64,000 bases of DNA from an uncultured Actinomyces sp. (GCA_938014245.1 CALLSD010000060.1:44863-108862); one strand, 5' to 3'; shown: positions 1 through 10,613, counted from the first letter of the stretch. The notes: a model not told the origin generated them from the sequence alone. A program made the numbers and translations.

Positions 1-2
1 CG

Positions 3-794
3 GGCCTCGCGCGTCAGCCCCTGGCTCAAGAATTCAAGCCGATCACTGATGTAAACCACGAAGGCAAGAACTTCGTTGTCATTGCCAACCACTTCAAGTC
101 CAAGGGTTCTGCACCCAAGAACTTGTCCGGCGCGGAAGCGGCAGCCAACACTGACAACGGTGATGGTCAGGGGAACTCCAATGGAGTTCGCGTCAAGCAG
201 GCCCGCGCACTTGCCACCTTCGCACAGCGTTTCAACGGAACCCCGACACTGCTTGTTGGCGACTTCAACGCCTACACGATGGAAGACCCTCTGAAAGTCC
301 TGACCGATGCGGGCTGGGCCCACGAGTCAGGTCACGGTGATTCCTCCTATGTCTATGGTGGTCGCTCTGGATCGATGGACCACGTCTTCGCGAACTCTGC
401 AGCGCACCCGCTGATCACCGAGGTGAAGTCGTGGGCGGTAAACGCGCAAGAAAGCATCGCCTTCGAATACTCACGCGCCAACTACAACGCATACCTGGCT
501 TTCGAGGCCGACAACCCCTACCGCGCCTCGGACCACAATCCTGAAATCATCGGTTTGAATCTCATCACCCCGATCGCCCAGCCTCCGGTTGGCCCCTCGG
601 CCCAGCCTTCGGATCAGGCCTCGACCAATCCAAGTGCCCCGGCAGGTAACCCCGAGCAGTCTGCATCGGCAACAAAAGCCAAGCAGAAGCGCTCCAAGCT
701 GGCCTCGACCGGCGTGAACGAAACCATTCCGCTGGCCCTGGGAGCCCTGGTGCTGGGCGTGATCGCCTGCGCCATGCGCCGCCGGACCCTCTGA
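3..794 (+). CDS. ExeM/NucH-family extracellular endonuclease (EEP domain), sortase-anchored; 5' end outside the window
   Basis: Frame is open from the window edge: ARQPLAQEF..VIANHFKSKG..LVGDFNAY..SYVYGGRSGSMDH..RASDHNP. It ends with a Pro/Ser linker, LASTG, a hydrophobic helix and an RRR tail. Confidence 0.88.
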   Translation, partial: GLARQPLAQEFKPITDVNHEGKNFVVIANHFKSKGSAPKNLSGAEAAANTDNGDGQGNSNGVRVKQARALATFAQRFNGTPTLLVGDFNAYTMEDPLKVLTDAGWAHESGHGDSSYVYGGRSGSMDHVFANSAAHPLITEVKSWAVNAQESIAFEYSRANYNAYLAFEADNPYRASDHNPEIIGLNLITPIAQPPVGPSAQPSDQASTNPSAPAGNPEQSASATKAKQKRSKLASTGVNETIPLALGALVLGVIACAMRRRTL

Positions 795-810
795 CCTTCA
801 CCCAACCATC

Positions 811-3129
811 ATGAGAGGAAACAATATGCTCACTCGAACCCGAAGGGCGGTGATTGCGACCGGCGCAGCCCTCGCGCTCTTCGCAACTCCTCTAGCTGCC
901 TTCGCAGACCCCGCCGGCGAGGCGACTTCGACGACGGAGGCCAGCCCCGAGGCCACTGCGCCGACCCCCGCCGCCGATGCCACGGCCTCGGCAAGCCAGG
1001 CCACCCCCGCGACGGCCCCTGCGGCTGGCACGGATCGCGGCGCATCCGATATCGTCACCCTGGACCTGTACAACCTCACCGATGTGCACGGACACATCGA
1101 GATGCAAAAGGATCGCAAGAGCCGCAAGGTCGTCGAGGCCGGTCTTCCTGCGATGAATTGCTATCTCAAGCGTGCAACCGCAGCGAACCCGAACTCAAGC
1201 TTCACCCTGCTGGGCGACAACATTGGTGCGTCTCCCTACACTTCGGGCGCGTTGAAGGATAACCCGACCATCGAAGCGCTCAACACGATGCATCCCCTGG
1301 GTTCGACCATGGGCAACCACGAGTTGGATATGGGCCAGGCAGTCTTCAAGCAGCGCGTCGACGGCTCAAACCCCTCCGAATTTGTTCAAACGAACTTCCC
1401 CTACCTTGCAGCAAACGTTGAAGGAATGGGAACGTGGGGAGCGGGCACTCCCTACCTGGGAGAGTACAAGCTGTGGACCTCTCCTTCGGGAGTGACGGTC
1501 GCGTTCATCGGTGCGATTGCCGAGGATGTTCCCTACAAGCTCAGCCCCGGAACCACGCAGGCCCTGACTTTCAAGGATCCAATCGCCAAGATCAACACCC
1601 TGGCGAAGCAGCTCAAGCAGGATGGAACCGCGCAGATCGTCATCGCCATGCTTGATGATGACGTGAAGAATAACTACCCGAAGATGGGCCCCGATGTTGA
1701 CGGCCTCATGGGTGGCGACACGCACGTTCCTTACGAGTTCGACCACGTCGATTCGGCGGTCGAGCTCACCTCGCAGAACCCCCTTCTGGCGGGTGTCGCC
1801 TCCGGTTCCTACACGGATAACCTGGGCCTGATTCAGATCTCCTACGATACGGCGACCGGAAAGGTCGTTAAGGCCGACACCAAGCTGATCCCCGCGGCAA
1901 CCGTCTACGAGTGCGGTGAAGACCCGCAGACGAAGGCAGTTGTCACCCGCGCGCAGCAGGCCTCGGCCATCGCCGGCGCTCAGGTCGTAGCACGGGGCTA
2001 CACCGAGAGCTTCCACCGCGGCATCTTCGAGGCCCCCGATGGAAGCATTGAGAAGGGCGGCAACCGCGGTATCGAGTCGACTCTGGGCAACCTGGCTGCT
2101 GACGCGATGCGCGAAACGATCCGCACACCCGATGGGAACCCCGTTGATATCGGCATGATCAATGCTGGCGGTCTGCGTGCAGATCTTGAACCCGGTAGCG
2201 ATGGCACTATCACCTACAAGCAGAGCTACGACGTCATGCCCTTCTCGAACGAGCTGGGATACGTGACCATCAAGGGCTCTGATGTGAAGGATGCTCTGGA
2301 AGAGCAGTGGAAGACGAACCTGAACTCGCAGAACTCGCGCCCGCTGCTCAAGCTTGGTCTGTCAAAGAATGTCCAGTACACCTACGATCCTTCCAAGCCT
2401 TACGGTGAGCGCATTACCTCGCTGCTCGTCAATGGCGCGCCCATTGATATGAACAAGGAGTACACGGTTGGGTCGGTGACCTTCCTCCTTGCTGGAGGCG
2501 ACACCTTCCCGGCACTGACCCGTGGAACGAAGACGGTTCTGGGTAACCTCGACCGCGATAAGTTCAACGAGTATCTGGCTGCACACAATGGCATCAAGGC
2601 TGCGACTCTCAAGCAGGCAGTTGGCGTGACGCTCCCGAGCGATCCGGTGACTCCCGATCAGGAATTCACCGTGCCTTTGCGTGGCCTGTCCTTCTCCGAG
2701 GGGCCCGGAAAGACCCAGAACGTCAAGGTCTCCTTCGGATCGGTAGCTGTCAATGCAAGTGTCAATAACTCACTGCGTGAAGAGCACGCATCCGATGAGG
2801 CCTCGATTATCACAACCGATGGCGCAGGCCAGGCAACTCTGAAGGCCTCGCTGCCGATGTCGGTGTGCGCTGCCAAGCCCGAAGGGGGAGTGCTCTCGCT
2901 TCCCGTCACCGTTGAGACCGACTTTGGCACCGTCGTTCCCGAGGCCTCGGGACTGACTGTTCAGGTGACCTGCCCGGTTGCGGCACAACAGCCCGGCGCT
3001 GCAGCGGCGAAGGCAAAGGGCGTCGCGGGCAAGAAGCTGGCACGTACCGGTTCCGAGGCCGCGCTGGTCGTTTTGGCTGCTCTCGGTATGGGTGGTCTCG
3101 GCTTGGTGATGCGTCGCAAGTTTGCATGA
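811..3129 (+). CDS. Cell-wall-anchored 5'-nucleotidase/metallophosphoesterase
   Basis: Signal peptide, TDVHGH, GDNIG, GNHELD, NAGGLRAD, PFSN, FLLAGGD; C-terminal LARTG + TM + RRK. Start may be at 826. Confidence 0.88.
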   Translation: MRGNNMLTRTRRAVIATGAALALFATPLAAFADPAGEATSTTEASPEATAPTPAADATASASQATPATAPAAGTDRGASDIVTLDLYNLTDVHGHIEMQKDRKSRKVVEAGLPAMNCYLKRATAANPNSSFTLLGDNIGASPYTSGALKDNPTIEALNTMHPLGSTMGNHELDMGQAVFKQRVDGSNPSEFVQTNFPYLAANVEGMGTWGAGTPYLGEYKLWTSPSGVTVAFIGAIAEDVPYKLSPGTTQALTFKDPIAKINTLAKQLKQDGTAQIVIAMLDDDVKNNYPKMGPDVDGLMGGDTHVPYEFDHVDSAVELTSQNPLLAGVASGSYTDNLGLIQISYDTATGKVVKADTKLIPAATVYECGEDPQTKAVVTRAQQASAIAGAQVVARGYTESFHRGIFEAPDGSIEKGGNRGIESTLGNLAADAMRETIRTPDGNPVDIGMINAGGLRADLEPGSDGTITYKQSYDVMPFSNELGYVTIKGSDVKDALEEQWKTNLNSQNSRPLLKLGLSKNVQYTYDPSKPYGERITSLLVNGAPIDMNKEYTVGSVTFLLAGGDTFPALTRGTKTVLGNLDRDKFNEYLAAHNGIKAATLKQAVGVTLPSDPVTPDQEFTVPLRGLSFSEGPGKTQNVKVSFGSVAVNASVNNSLREEHASDEASIITTDGAGQATLKASLPMSVCAAKPEGGVLSLPVTVETDFGTVVPEASGLTVQVTCPVAAQQPGAAAAKAKGVAGKKLARTGSEAALVVLAALGMGGLGLVMRRKFA

Positions 3130-3179
3130 TAGGAACTCGGTATTCGCCGGGATATACCGGTGAAAAGCCTGAGTGACCT

Positions 3180-3225
3180 GCGTTTGTGGGCGGTGGGATG
3201 AAGAAATTCTGCCGCCCACAAGCGT
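3180..3225 (+). terminator. Long hairpin after the nucleotidase gene
   Basis: GCGTTTGTGGGCGGTGG ... CTGCCGCCCACAAGCGT inverted repeat. Confidence 0.55.
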
Positions 3226-3446
3226 ATGCATGGACGGAAAATATAACTTTTATCGATTCGTTATCGCGCTGAGGCCGATTCGCCTTGACGCGTCCGAATG
3301 CGATGGGAGAAACTCTAAATGGGCGTCAACGCAGCACACGTATGCGTTCTCGCAAGCGGTGGTGCGCGTGTCTTCCAAGCGGTTGATTCGCGCTGTCGCA
3401 ACCAACCTACTGTGTATCAACACACTCTACTTGGAGGAATAACGGC

Positions 3447-4550
3447 ATGAAGACCCTCACAAGAATCGTTGCAGTCGCTGGCGTTGCTACGCTCGCACTG
3501 ACCGCGTGCTCGTCCGGTTCGAAGCCCTCTTCGGATTCCGGCTCGACCTCGAGCGCATCTTCCAATGGCGCAAGCTTCAAGGCTTGCGCCGTTTCTGATG
3601 CTGGCGGTTGGGACGACAAGTCCTTCAACGAATCCGCATACAACGGCCTGAAGTCCGCACAGTCGAAGCTCGGCATTCAGATCAACACGGCAGAGTCCTC
3701 CTCCTCGGCGGACTTCGTGCCCAACACTGAATCCATGGTTTCTGACGGCTGCAACCTGATCATCGGCGTTGGCTTCAACTTGGAGAAGGCGCTGCACGCC
3801 TCTGCAAACGAAAACAAGGACGTCCACTACGCACTTGTCGACTCTTCCTTCTCGGATGATTCCAACAAGACCGTCACCGTCGAGAACGCGCGTCCTCTGC
3901 TCTTCAACACTGCTGAAGCTGCTTACCTGGCTGGTTACGCCGCAGCAGGCATGACTAAGACCGGCAAGGTTGCCACCTTCGGTGGTATCCAGATTCCTTC
4001 GGTTACCGTCTTCATGGACGGCTTCGCCGATGGCGTCGCAGCCTACAACAAGGCAAAGGGCACGAGTGTCCAGGTTCTCGGCTGGGACAAGGCAACCCAG
4101 AACGGCTCCTTCACCCAGTCCTTCGATGATCAGGCACTGGGCAAGCAGCAGGCACAGCAGTTCATCGACCAGGGTGCTGACATCATCATGCCCGTCGCCG
4201 GTCCTGTGGGCCTGGGTGCAGCTGCTGCTGCAAAGGCCGACGGCAAGACCTACATCGTGGGTGTTGACTCCGACTGGTACGAATCTGCCCCCGACTACAA
4301 GTCGATCGTTCTGACCTCGGTCATGAAGGAAATCGGTGCTTCGGTTGAGCAGGCCATCACGGACTCCGTGAACGGCAAGTTCAGCGCGACTCCTTACGTG
4401 GGTACTCTGGAAAACGGTGGTGTCTCCATCGCTCCCTTCCACGAGTTCGATTCCAAGGTTCCTCAGGATCTGAAGGACGAGCTCACCAAGCTCACCGATC
4501 AGATCAAGAAGGGCGAACTGAAGGTTGAGTCCGCGAACTCCCCGAAGTGA
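3447..4550 (+). CDS. BMP-family nucleoside ABC transporter substrate-binding lipoprotein
   Basis: Lipobox LTAC, DAGGWDDKSFN, YLAGYAAA, GVDSD; GGAGG RBS. Confidence 0.92.
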   Translation: MKTLTRIVAVAGVATLALTACSSGSKPSSDSGSTSSASSNGASFKACAVSDAGGWDDKSFNESAYNGLKSAQSKLGIQINTAESSSSADFVPNTESMVSDGCNLIIGVGFNLEKALHASANENKDVHYALVDSSFSDDSNKTVTVENARPLLFNTAEAAYLAGYAAAGMTKTGKVATFGGIQIPSVTVFMDGFADGVAAYNKAKGTSVQVLGWDKATQNGSFTQSFDDQALGKQQAQQFIDQGADIIMPVAGPVGLGAAAAAKADGKTYIVGVDSDWYESAPDYKSIVLTSVMKEIGASVEQAITDSVNGKFSATPYVGTLENGGVSIAPFHEFDSKVPQDLKDELTKLTDQIKKGELKVESANSPK

Positions 4551-4564
4551 TTCGTGAATACTAA

Positions 4565-4599
4565 GTGAAGGCGCGGTGGTCTCTCCACCGCGCCTTCGC
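4565..4599 (+). terminator. Intercistronic stem-loop after the substrate-binding gene
   Basis: GAAGGCGCGGTGG-TCTCT-CCACCGCGCCTTC. Confidence 0.65.
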
Positions 4600-4652
4600 T
4601 GTATCAGCTATCCTGAAACCGAGACTCAACCGCGCAGAAGGGCAGAGTTACA

Positions 4653-6215
4653 GTGAAGTTGGAACTCAAGGGGATCACCAAACGTTTTGGTCCTCTGGTC
4701 GCAAATAATGACATCAACCTCACCATCGAAGAAGGGCATATTCACGCGCTTCTTGGTGAAAACGGAGCCGGTAAATCAACGCTGATGAATGTGCTCTACG
4801 GCCTTCACCAGCCCGATGAAGGAGAAATCCTCATCGATGGGAAGCCGGTCCACTTCAACGGCCCCGGTGATGCGGTTGCCGCGGGGATTGGAATGGTTCA
4901 CCAGCACTTCATGCTGATCCCGGTCTTTACCGTCGCAGAATCGATCGCTTTGGGTTTTGAACCGACAAAAGCAAGCGGATTGATTGATCTTGCGCAGGCC
5001 CGACGCACTGTTAAAGAAGTCTCTGCACGCTTTGGTTTCGATCTCGATCCCGATGCCCTCATCGAAGACCTTTCTGTTGGTGCCCAGCAGCGAGTCGAAA
5101 TCGTTAAGGCCCTCTCGCGTCAAGCAAAAGTCCTTATTCTTGATGAACCAACGGCGGTTTTGACTCCCCAAGAAACCGATGAACTCATGGCGATCATGCG
5201 TCAACTTGCCGATGCGGGAACATCGATCGTCTTCATTACCCACAAACTGCGCGAGGTCCGAGCAGTTGCGGATGAAATCACCGTCATTCGACGCGGAACC
5301 GTCGTCGGTGAAGCATCGCCACAGGATTCCGAATCCGAGCTTGCCAATAAGATGGTCGGCCGCTCGGTCATGATGCGCGTTGACAAAGCTGAGGCGCATC
5401 CAAGCGGTGGGGGATTGGAGTTCAAAGAAATCTCCATGCTTTCTCCTTCGAGCTTGCCCCTCCTCGACCACGTTTCTTTCACTGTCGAACGCGGTGAAAT
5501 TGTTACGGTTGCTGGTGTTCAAGGTAACGGTCAGACCGAACTTGCACAGACCATTTTGGGCCTAGCCACCCCGAATTCCGGTGAGATCCTCCTTGAAGGA
5601 ATCGACATTACACACGCCAACCCTCGTAAGTCTTTGGACGCGGGAATCGGCTTCATTCCCGAGGACCGTTCGACCGACGGCATTATTTCCTCTTTCTCGA
5701 TCGCCGAAAATCTGGTCTTGGACCAGTACAAGGACTCGCGTTTCGCGGCCGGTCCCATGCTCAAGCTCGGAATCATCGCTCAAAATGCGCGGGCTAAGGA
5801 GGAAGAGTTCGATATTCGTCTGACGTCGATCAGTGATCCGATTTCTTCGCTTTCGGGCGGAAACCAGCAAAAGGTCGTTGTCGCGCGCGAAATGTCGAAG
5901 GACCTCAACCTGCTTGTTGCGAATCAGCCAACTCGTGGCGTGGACGTGGGCTCGATCGAGTTCATCCACAAGCGCATCGTCGAGGTTCGCGACCAGAACA
6001 TTCCCGTCCTGTTGATCTCATCCGAATTGGATGAAGTAGTTTCGCTGGCCGACCGCATCGTCGTGATGTATCGAGGCCGCGTGATGGGTATCGTTCCTGC
6101 AGATACCCCGCGTGATGTGCTCGGTTTGATGATGGCCGGCGTTCCCTATGACGAGGCTGTGGCGGGCGAGCAGGAAAACGCTGAGGTTTCGGATTCACAC
6201 GAGGAGGAGAAGTGA
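4653..6215 (+). CDS. Nucleoside ABC transporter ATP-binding protein (tandem NBD)
   Basis: GENGAGKST, LILDEPT, LSGGNQQK. Confidence 0.93.
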   Translation: MKLELKGITKRFGPLVANNDINLTIEEGHIHALLGENGAGKSTLMNVLYGLHQPDEGEILIDGKPVHFNGPGDAVAAGIGMVHQHFMLIPVFTVAESIALGFEPTKASGLIDLAQARRTVKEVSARFGFDLDPDALIEDLSVGAQQRVEIVKALSRQAKVLILDEPTAVLTPQETDELMAIMRQLADAGTSIVFITHKLREVRAVADEITVIRRGTVVGEASPQDSESELANKMVGRSVMMRVDKAEAHPSGGGLEFKEISMLSPSSLPLLDHVSFTVERGEIVTVAGVQGNGQTELAQTILGLATPNSGEILLEGIDITHANPRKSLDAGIGFIPEDRSTDGIISSFSIAENLVLDQYKDSRFAAGPMLKLGIIAQNARAKEEEFDIRLTSISDPISSLSGGNQQKVVVAREMSKDLNLLVANQPTRGVDVGSIEFIHKRIVEVRDQNIPVLLISSELDEVVSLADRIVVMYRGRVMGIVPADTPRDVLGLMMAGVPYDEAVAGEQENAEVSDSHEEEK

Positions 6216-7477
6216 TGACCCAGGCAAAACGTCCTTCGAAGGCACTGGTTGTGTGTCGTCACATCTTGGGATCGCGGTGGTTCGTTTCCATCCTCGCGGT
6301 TCTCATTGCCTTTGCTCTAGGTGCGATTTTGATCGCGATGACTGGCGCATCGGTACTCGATGCCTATTATGCGATGTTCCGCGGGGCAATCTTTGACCCC
6401 GGCGCACGCAGCTTCCAACGCCAGATCAAGCCGCTGACAGATTCCCTGTTCTTCTCAATCCCCTTGGTGCTGGGCGGTTTGGGTCTTGCTCTGGGATTCC
6501 GCGCAGGGTTGTTCAATATCGGCGGTAAAGGCCAGATTATTTTCGGTGCTCTTTCTGCTGTGTGGGTTGGCTTCGCAATGAACTTGCCTCCCGTTATTCA
6601 CACCCTTGTTGCTCTTCTTGCAGCGATGGTCGCCGGTGCTCTTTACGCTGGAATCGCCGGCGTGCTCAAAGCAAAGACCGGTGCTAACGAAGTCATCGTT
6701 ACCATCATGTTGAACTCGATTGCCACCTTGGCGCTGGGCTACATCCTTTCGAAGCCATCGTGGCAGGTCCCGGGTTCTAATCAGCCTCAAACTCCGAAGG
6801 TTGCGGATTCAGCCGCTTTCGCTCGCATTCTCGATGCGCCCTTCAAGATTCACATGGGTGTTTTCGTCGCGCTCCTTGCGGTGATCATTTTCTGGTGGCT
6901 CATTGAACGTTCGACCTTGGGCTTTGAAATCCGAGCTGTTGGTGCCAATCCCGAGGCCGCCCGTACCGCCGGAATTTCGGTGGGGAAGATTACCGCAATC
7001 ACCATGGCCATCTCGGGTGCCTTTCTCGGCCTTGCGGGCGCAAACGAGGCCTTGGGCACCGTTGGTTATGTCTCGCGCGATATCACTGGCACCATCGGCT
7101 TTGACGCCATTACGGTTGCTCTTTTGGGTCGGAACAAGCCCCTGGGCACTCTGGGCGCAGGTGTTCTCTTCGGTGCCTTTAAAGCAGGTGGCTACACCAT
7201 GCAGGCGAAGGGCGTCCCGATCGATATGATCCTGATCCTCCAGTCAGTGATCGTCCTGCTCATTGCAGCCCCCATGTTTGTTCGCTGGCTCTTCCACCTG
7301 CCCAAGGAAACCAAGAAGAGCTTGCGCGCTGAGCTCGCTGAGCTCAGCGATGAACATACTGAAGAGGACGGGAAGAGTCCGGCCGCGGCCTCGGCAGTGA
7401 AGGAAAATGCAGCGTCTGAAGGCGGCGATGCCGTCGTCGATGGCGCCTCCACCGATTCGGAAGGAGAGGCACGATGA
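6212..7477 (+). CDS. Nucleoside ABC transporter permease
   Basis: GLFNIGGKGQ, NEVIVTIMLN, GFEIRAVGAN; multiple TMs. Confidence 0.9.
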   Translation: MMTQAKRPSKALVVCRHILGSRWFVSILAVLIAFALGAILIAMTGASVLDAYYAMFRGAIFDPGARSFQRQIKPLTDSLFFSIPLVLGGLGLALGFRAGLFNIGGKGQIIFGALSAVWVGFAMNLPPVIHTLVALLAAMVAGALYAGIAGVLKAKTGANEVIVTIMLNSIATLALGYILSKPSWQVPGSNQPQTPKVADSAAFARILDAPFKIHMGVFVALLAVIIFWWLIERSTLGFEIRAVGANPEAARTAGISVGKITAITMAISGAFLGLAGANEALGTVGYVSRDITGTIGFDAITVALLGRNKPLGTLGAGVLFGAFKAGGYTMQAKGVPIDMILILQSVIVLLIAAPMFVRWLFHLPKETKKSLRAELAELSDEHTEEDGKSPAAASAVKENAASEGGDAVVDGASTDSEGEAR

Positions 7478-8748
7478 GCCAGACGCAAACAATGAATGAC
7501 GTTCAACTCAAGCGTTCATGGAAGATGCCAGTTGTCTACGTTCTGGCAGTGCTCCTGCAGATTCTTTTCGCGCTCAAGGTCAGTGGTGATGTCACCATCC
7601 GACTCAATGACAAGTCCCAGAGCCTCAATATTGACGATATTGTCACCCCCGGACGGCCTATCCTTCTGGTGCTGACAGCGTTGACTCTTGTGGTGGCCAT
7701 GTGGTCGATCTACTCGGTATGGGCACGTCGGCAGAATCCGCGTTGGCTTGATGTCACCATGATGATTGTCGCCGGGATTGCAACGGTCTTCGGATTCCTG
7801 ATCTATGCAGGTTCGGGTTCTAGCGGTGTCGTGACACTGACCTCGACACTGTATTCGACCGTTGCAATTTCAACGCCTCTGATCTTCGGTTCACTTTCGG
7901 GCGTTGTTTCGGAACGTGTTGGCGTTGTCAATATCGCCATTGAAGGTGACCTGCTCTTGGGAGCTTTCGCAGGTGTCATGGCTGCCTCGTACTTCCAGAC
8001 TTCATGGGCCGGTCTGATCGCAGCGCCGATCGCGGGTGCCTTCCTTGGCTGCCTCTTGGCGCTCTTCTCGGTCAAGTATGGCGTGGATCAGATCATCGTC
8101 GGTGTGGTCTTGAACGTCTTGGCAGCGGGTCTGACGACTTTCTTCTACGGAACGTGGATGACGAAGAAGGCCGAACTCTTCAATACGAATAAGTTCTCGC
8201 TCTCTGATATCAAGATTCCGATCCTGGGAGAAATCCCGGTTATTGGCCCGATGCTCTTCAACCACAACATCTTGGTCTACTTGATGTACGCCACGGTGAT
8301 TTTCTTGGCGATCTACCTGTACCGTTCGCGTTGGGGCTTGCGTCTTCGCGCCTGCGGTGAGCACCCGCGAGCAGCCGATACCGTCGGCATTAACGTCAAT
8401 CGCACGCGAACCCTCAATGCCATCCTTGCTTCCGGTTTTGCGGGATTGGGCGGTGCATTCTTCACCATCGGTTCGGACCTGTCCTTTACCGACAATATTT
8501 CCGCCGGCAATGGCTACATTGCCTTGGCTGCAATGATCTTGGGTAAGTGGCACCCGATCGGCGCCATGGGTGCTGCACTGATGTTCGGTTTTGCTCAGGC
8601 ACTTGCGCGCCTGCTGCCGAACCTGGAGCAGTCCATTCCTTCAGACCTGATCTCGATGATCCCCTACATCGTGACCATCATCGCGGTCGCCGGATTCGTC
8701 GGGAAGTCGCGTCCGCCGGCAGCTGAGAACATTCCCTACACGAAGTGA
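7474..8748 (+). CDS. Nucleoside ABC transporter permease
   Basis: SERVGVVNIAIEG, GLRLRACGEHP, GYIALAA. Confidence 0.9.
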   Translation: MSQTQTMNDVQLKRSWKMPVVYVLAVLLQILFALKVSGDVTIRLNDKSQSLNIDDIVTPGRPILLVLTALTLVVAMWSIYSVWARRQNPRWLDVTMMIVAGIATVFGFLIYAGSGSSGVVTLTSTLYSTVAISTPLIFGSLSGVVSERVGVVNIAIEGDLLLGAFAGVMAASYFQTSWAGLIAAPIAGAFLGCLLALFSVKYGVDQIIVGVVLNVLAAGLTTFFYGTWMTKKAELFNTNKFSLSDIKIPILGEIPVIGPMLFNHNILVYLMYATVIFLAIYLYRSRWGLRLRACGEHPRAADTVGINVNRTRTLNAILASGFAGLGGAFFTIGSDLSFTDNISAGNGYIALAAMILGKWHPIGAMGAALMFGFAQALARLLPNLEQSIPSDLISMIPYIVTIIAVAGFVGKSRPPAAENIPYTK

Positions 8749-8775
8749 TTGACTGCTAGGTAGAAGGAACGACTC

Positions 8776-9192
8776 ATGGACATCAACTGGGAAGATCTTC
8801 AGGATCTTGCTATCTCGGCAATGGAACAGGCCTACTGCCCATACAGCGGATTTCCCGTTGGAGCAGCTGGACTGACAACAGACGGGCAGACCTATTCGGG
8901 ATGCAACGTGGAGAACGCCGGTTACGGTGTCACACTGTGCGCTGAATGCGGAATGGTTTCGCAGATGGTGCGCTCCGGTGGCGGTCGCCTCGTGGCGGTG
9001 GTTGCGGTGAACGGGAATTGCGAGCCGGTTGCTCCCTGCGGTCGTTGCCGTCAGCTCATTTTTGAGCACGGCGGTAATGACTGCCTGGTTTTGATGCCCG
9101 AGGGCGTCATGACCATGAAACAAGTACTACCGGGAGCTTTTGGCCCCCACGACCTGACCGAAGTGCCATCGGCACGATTCAACGAAGATTAA
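8776..9192 (+). CDS. cdd: Cytidine deaminase
   Basis: AYCPYSGFPVGAA, GCNVEN, CAE, PCGRCRQ. Confidence 0.95.
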   Translation: MDINWEDLQDLAISAMEQAYCPYSGFPVGAAGLTTDGQTYSGCNVENAGYGVTLCAECGMVSQMVRSGGGRLVAVVAVNGNCEPVAPCGRCRQLIFEHGGNDCLVLMPEGVMTMKQVLPGAFGPHDLTEVPSARFNED

Positions 9193-9199
9193 TGACTGC

Positions 9200-9238
9200 G
9201 GCGGGCGTGCACGTCCCTTAATGGTGTGCGCGCCCGCC
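9200..9238 (+). other. Intercistronic hairpin between cdd and deoA
   Basis: GGCGGGCGTGCAC ... GTGCGCGCCCGCC. Confidence 0.45.
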
Positions 9239-9273
9239 AAGCATTCTCCGAAATAACACCCAGGAAGGACATC

Positions 9274-10557
9274 ATGAAACAGTTTGATGCCGTCGACGTC
9301 ATTCGCGTGAAGCGCGATGGCGGGAAACTGTCCACTGAAGAAATTCAATGGACCATTGATGCCTACACGCGCGGGGTGATGAAAGACGAGCAAATGGCCG
9401 CCCTGGCCATGGCTGTTTTCCTGCGCGGAATGGACCGTGAAGAAATCGTGACGTGGACTCAGGCCATGATTGATTCCGGCGAGCGCATGGATTTCGCACG
9501 TATTTCCCGCGTAACCGCTGATAAGCACTCGACCGGTGGCGTGGGCGATAAGATCACCCTTCCGCTTGCCCCGCTTGTTGCCGTCTTCGGAGTCGCAGTC
9601 CCGCAGCTTTCCGGCCGAGGCCTCGGCCACACGGGTGGAACCCTTGACAAACTCGAGGCCATCCCCGGCTGGCGTGCGTCTTTGTCCAATGACGAGATCT
9701 ACCACCAATTGGGTGAAGGCTGCGGAGCCGTGATTTGTGCGGCTGGAGCAGGTCTGGCTCCGGCAGATAAGAAGCTCTACGCGCTGCGTGACATCACCTC
9801 GACCGTGGATTGCATTCCCCTCATTGCTTCTTCGATCATGTCGAAGAAGATCGCCGAGGGAACCGACTCCCTGGTTCTGGACGTCAAGGTCGGTAGTGGC
9901 GCTTTCATGAAGGACATTGATCATGCTCGCGAGCTAGCCCGCACCATGGTGGACCTGGGCCGCGATGCCGGTGTGAAGACTCAGGCGCTTCTCACCGATA
10001 TGTCCACCCCGCTAGGACTCAAGGTCGGTAATGCCCTTGAAGTTGAAGAATCCGTCGAGGTTCTTGCCGGTGGTGGCCCCGCGGATGTCGTCGAATTGAC
10101 CGTTGAGCTCGCTCGCACCATGCTCACCATGGCGGGACAGCCCGATGCCGATGTTGAAGCAGCGCTGAAGGACGGTCGCGCCATGGATGTGTGGCGCGCG
10201 ATGATTCGTGAACAGGGCGGAGATCCCGACGCGGCTTTGCCGACTTCCGCGCTGACCCATACGGTCACTGCCGAGGCCGATGGCTTCATTTCCGAAATGG
10301 ATGCACTCAGCGTGGGCGTGGCCTCGTGGAGGCTGGGCGCGGGCCGCGCGGTTAAGGACGATCCGGTACAGGCGGGAGCGGGAATTGAAATTCACGCCAA
10401 GCCTGGGCAGCGCGTGCGCAAGGGAGATGTGCTCTTCACCCTGCACACCGACGATGAGTGGCGTATTCCTCGCGCCCTCGAGGCCTTGGATGGGGGAGTG
10501 TGCATCAGCGATACTGCCCCGGCTGCTCGCAGCATCATTTTGGACCGCGTGGACTAA
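9274..10557 (+). CDS. deoA: Thymidine/pyrimidine-nucleoside phosphorylase
   Basis: DKHSTGGVGDK, SGRGLGHTGGTLDKLE, SIMSKK; ATG 9274 follows AGGAAGGA. Confidence 0.95.
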   Translation: MKQFDAVDVIRVKRDGGKLSTEEIQWTIDAYTRGVMKDEQMAALAMAVFLRGMDREEIVTWTQAMIDSGERMDFARISRVTADKHSTGGVGDKITLPLAPLVAVFGVAVPQLSGRGLGHTGGTLDKLEAIPGWRASLSNDEIYHQLGEGCGAVICAAGAGLAPADKKLYALRDITSTVDCIPLIASSIMSKKIAEGTDSLVLDVKVGSGAFMKDIDHARELARTMVDLGRDAGVKTQALLTDMSTPLGLKVGNALEVEESVEVLAGGGPADVVELTVELARTMLTMAGQPDADVEAALKDGRAMDVWRAMIREQGGDPDAALPTSALTHTVTAEADGFISEMDALSVGVASWRLGAGRAVKDDPVQAGAGIEIHAKPGQRVRKGDVLFTLHTDDEWRIPRALEALDGGVCISDTAPAARSIILDRVD

Positions 10558-10613
10558 GACTCACACCAGACCAAGCAAGCGACACGACCACACACGTATT
10601 GGAGTACACGATC

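Noticed and set aside
826..905. TRR in the nucleotidase signal peptide as a Tat motif
   Set aside because: Weak match to S/T-R-R-x-F-L; Sec export is at least as likely.
3417..4442. Long antisense ORFs (also 10554..11399, 38933..39775, 45753..46880, 61502..62422)
   Set aside because: Shadows of strongly codon-biased, GC-rich genes on the opposite strand; no recognisable motifs.
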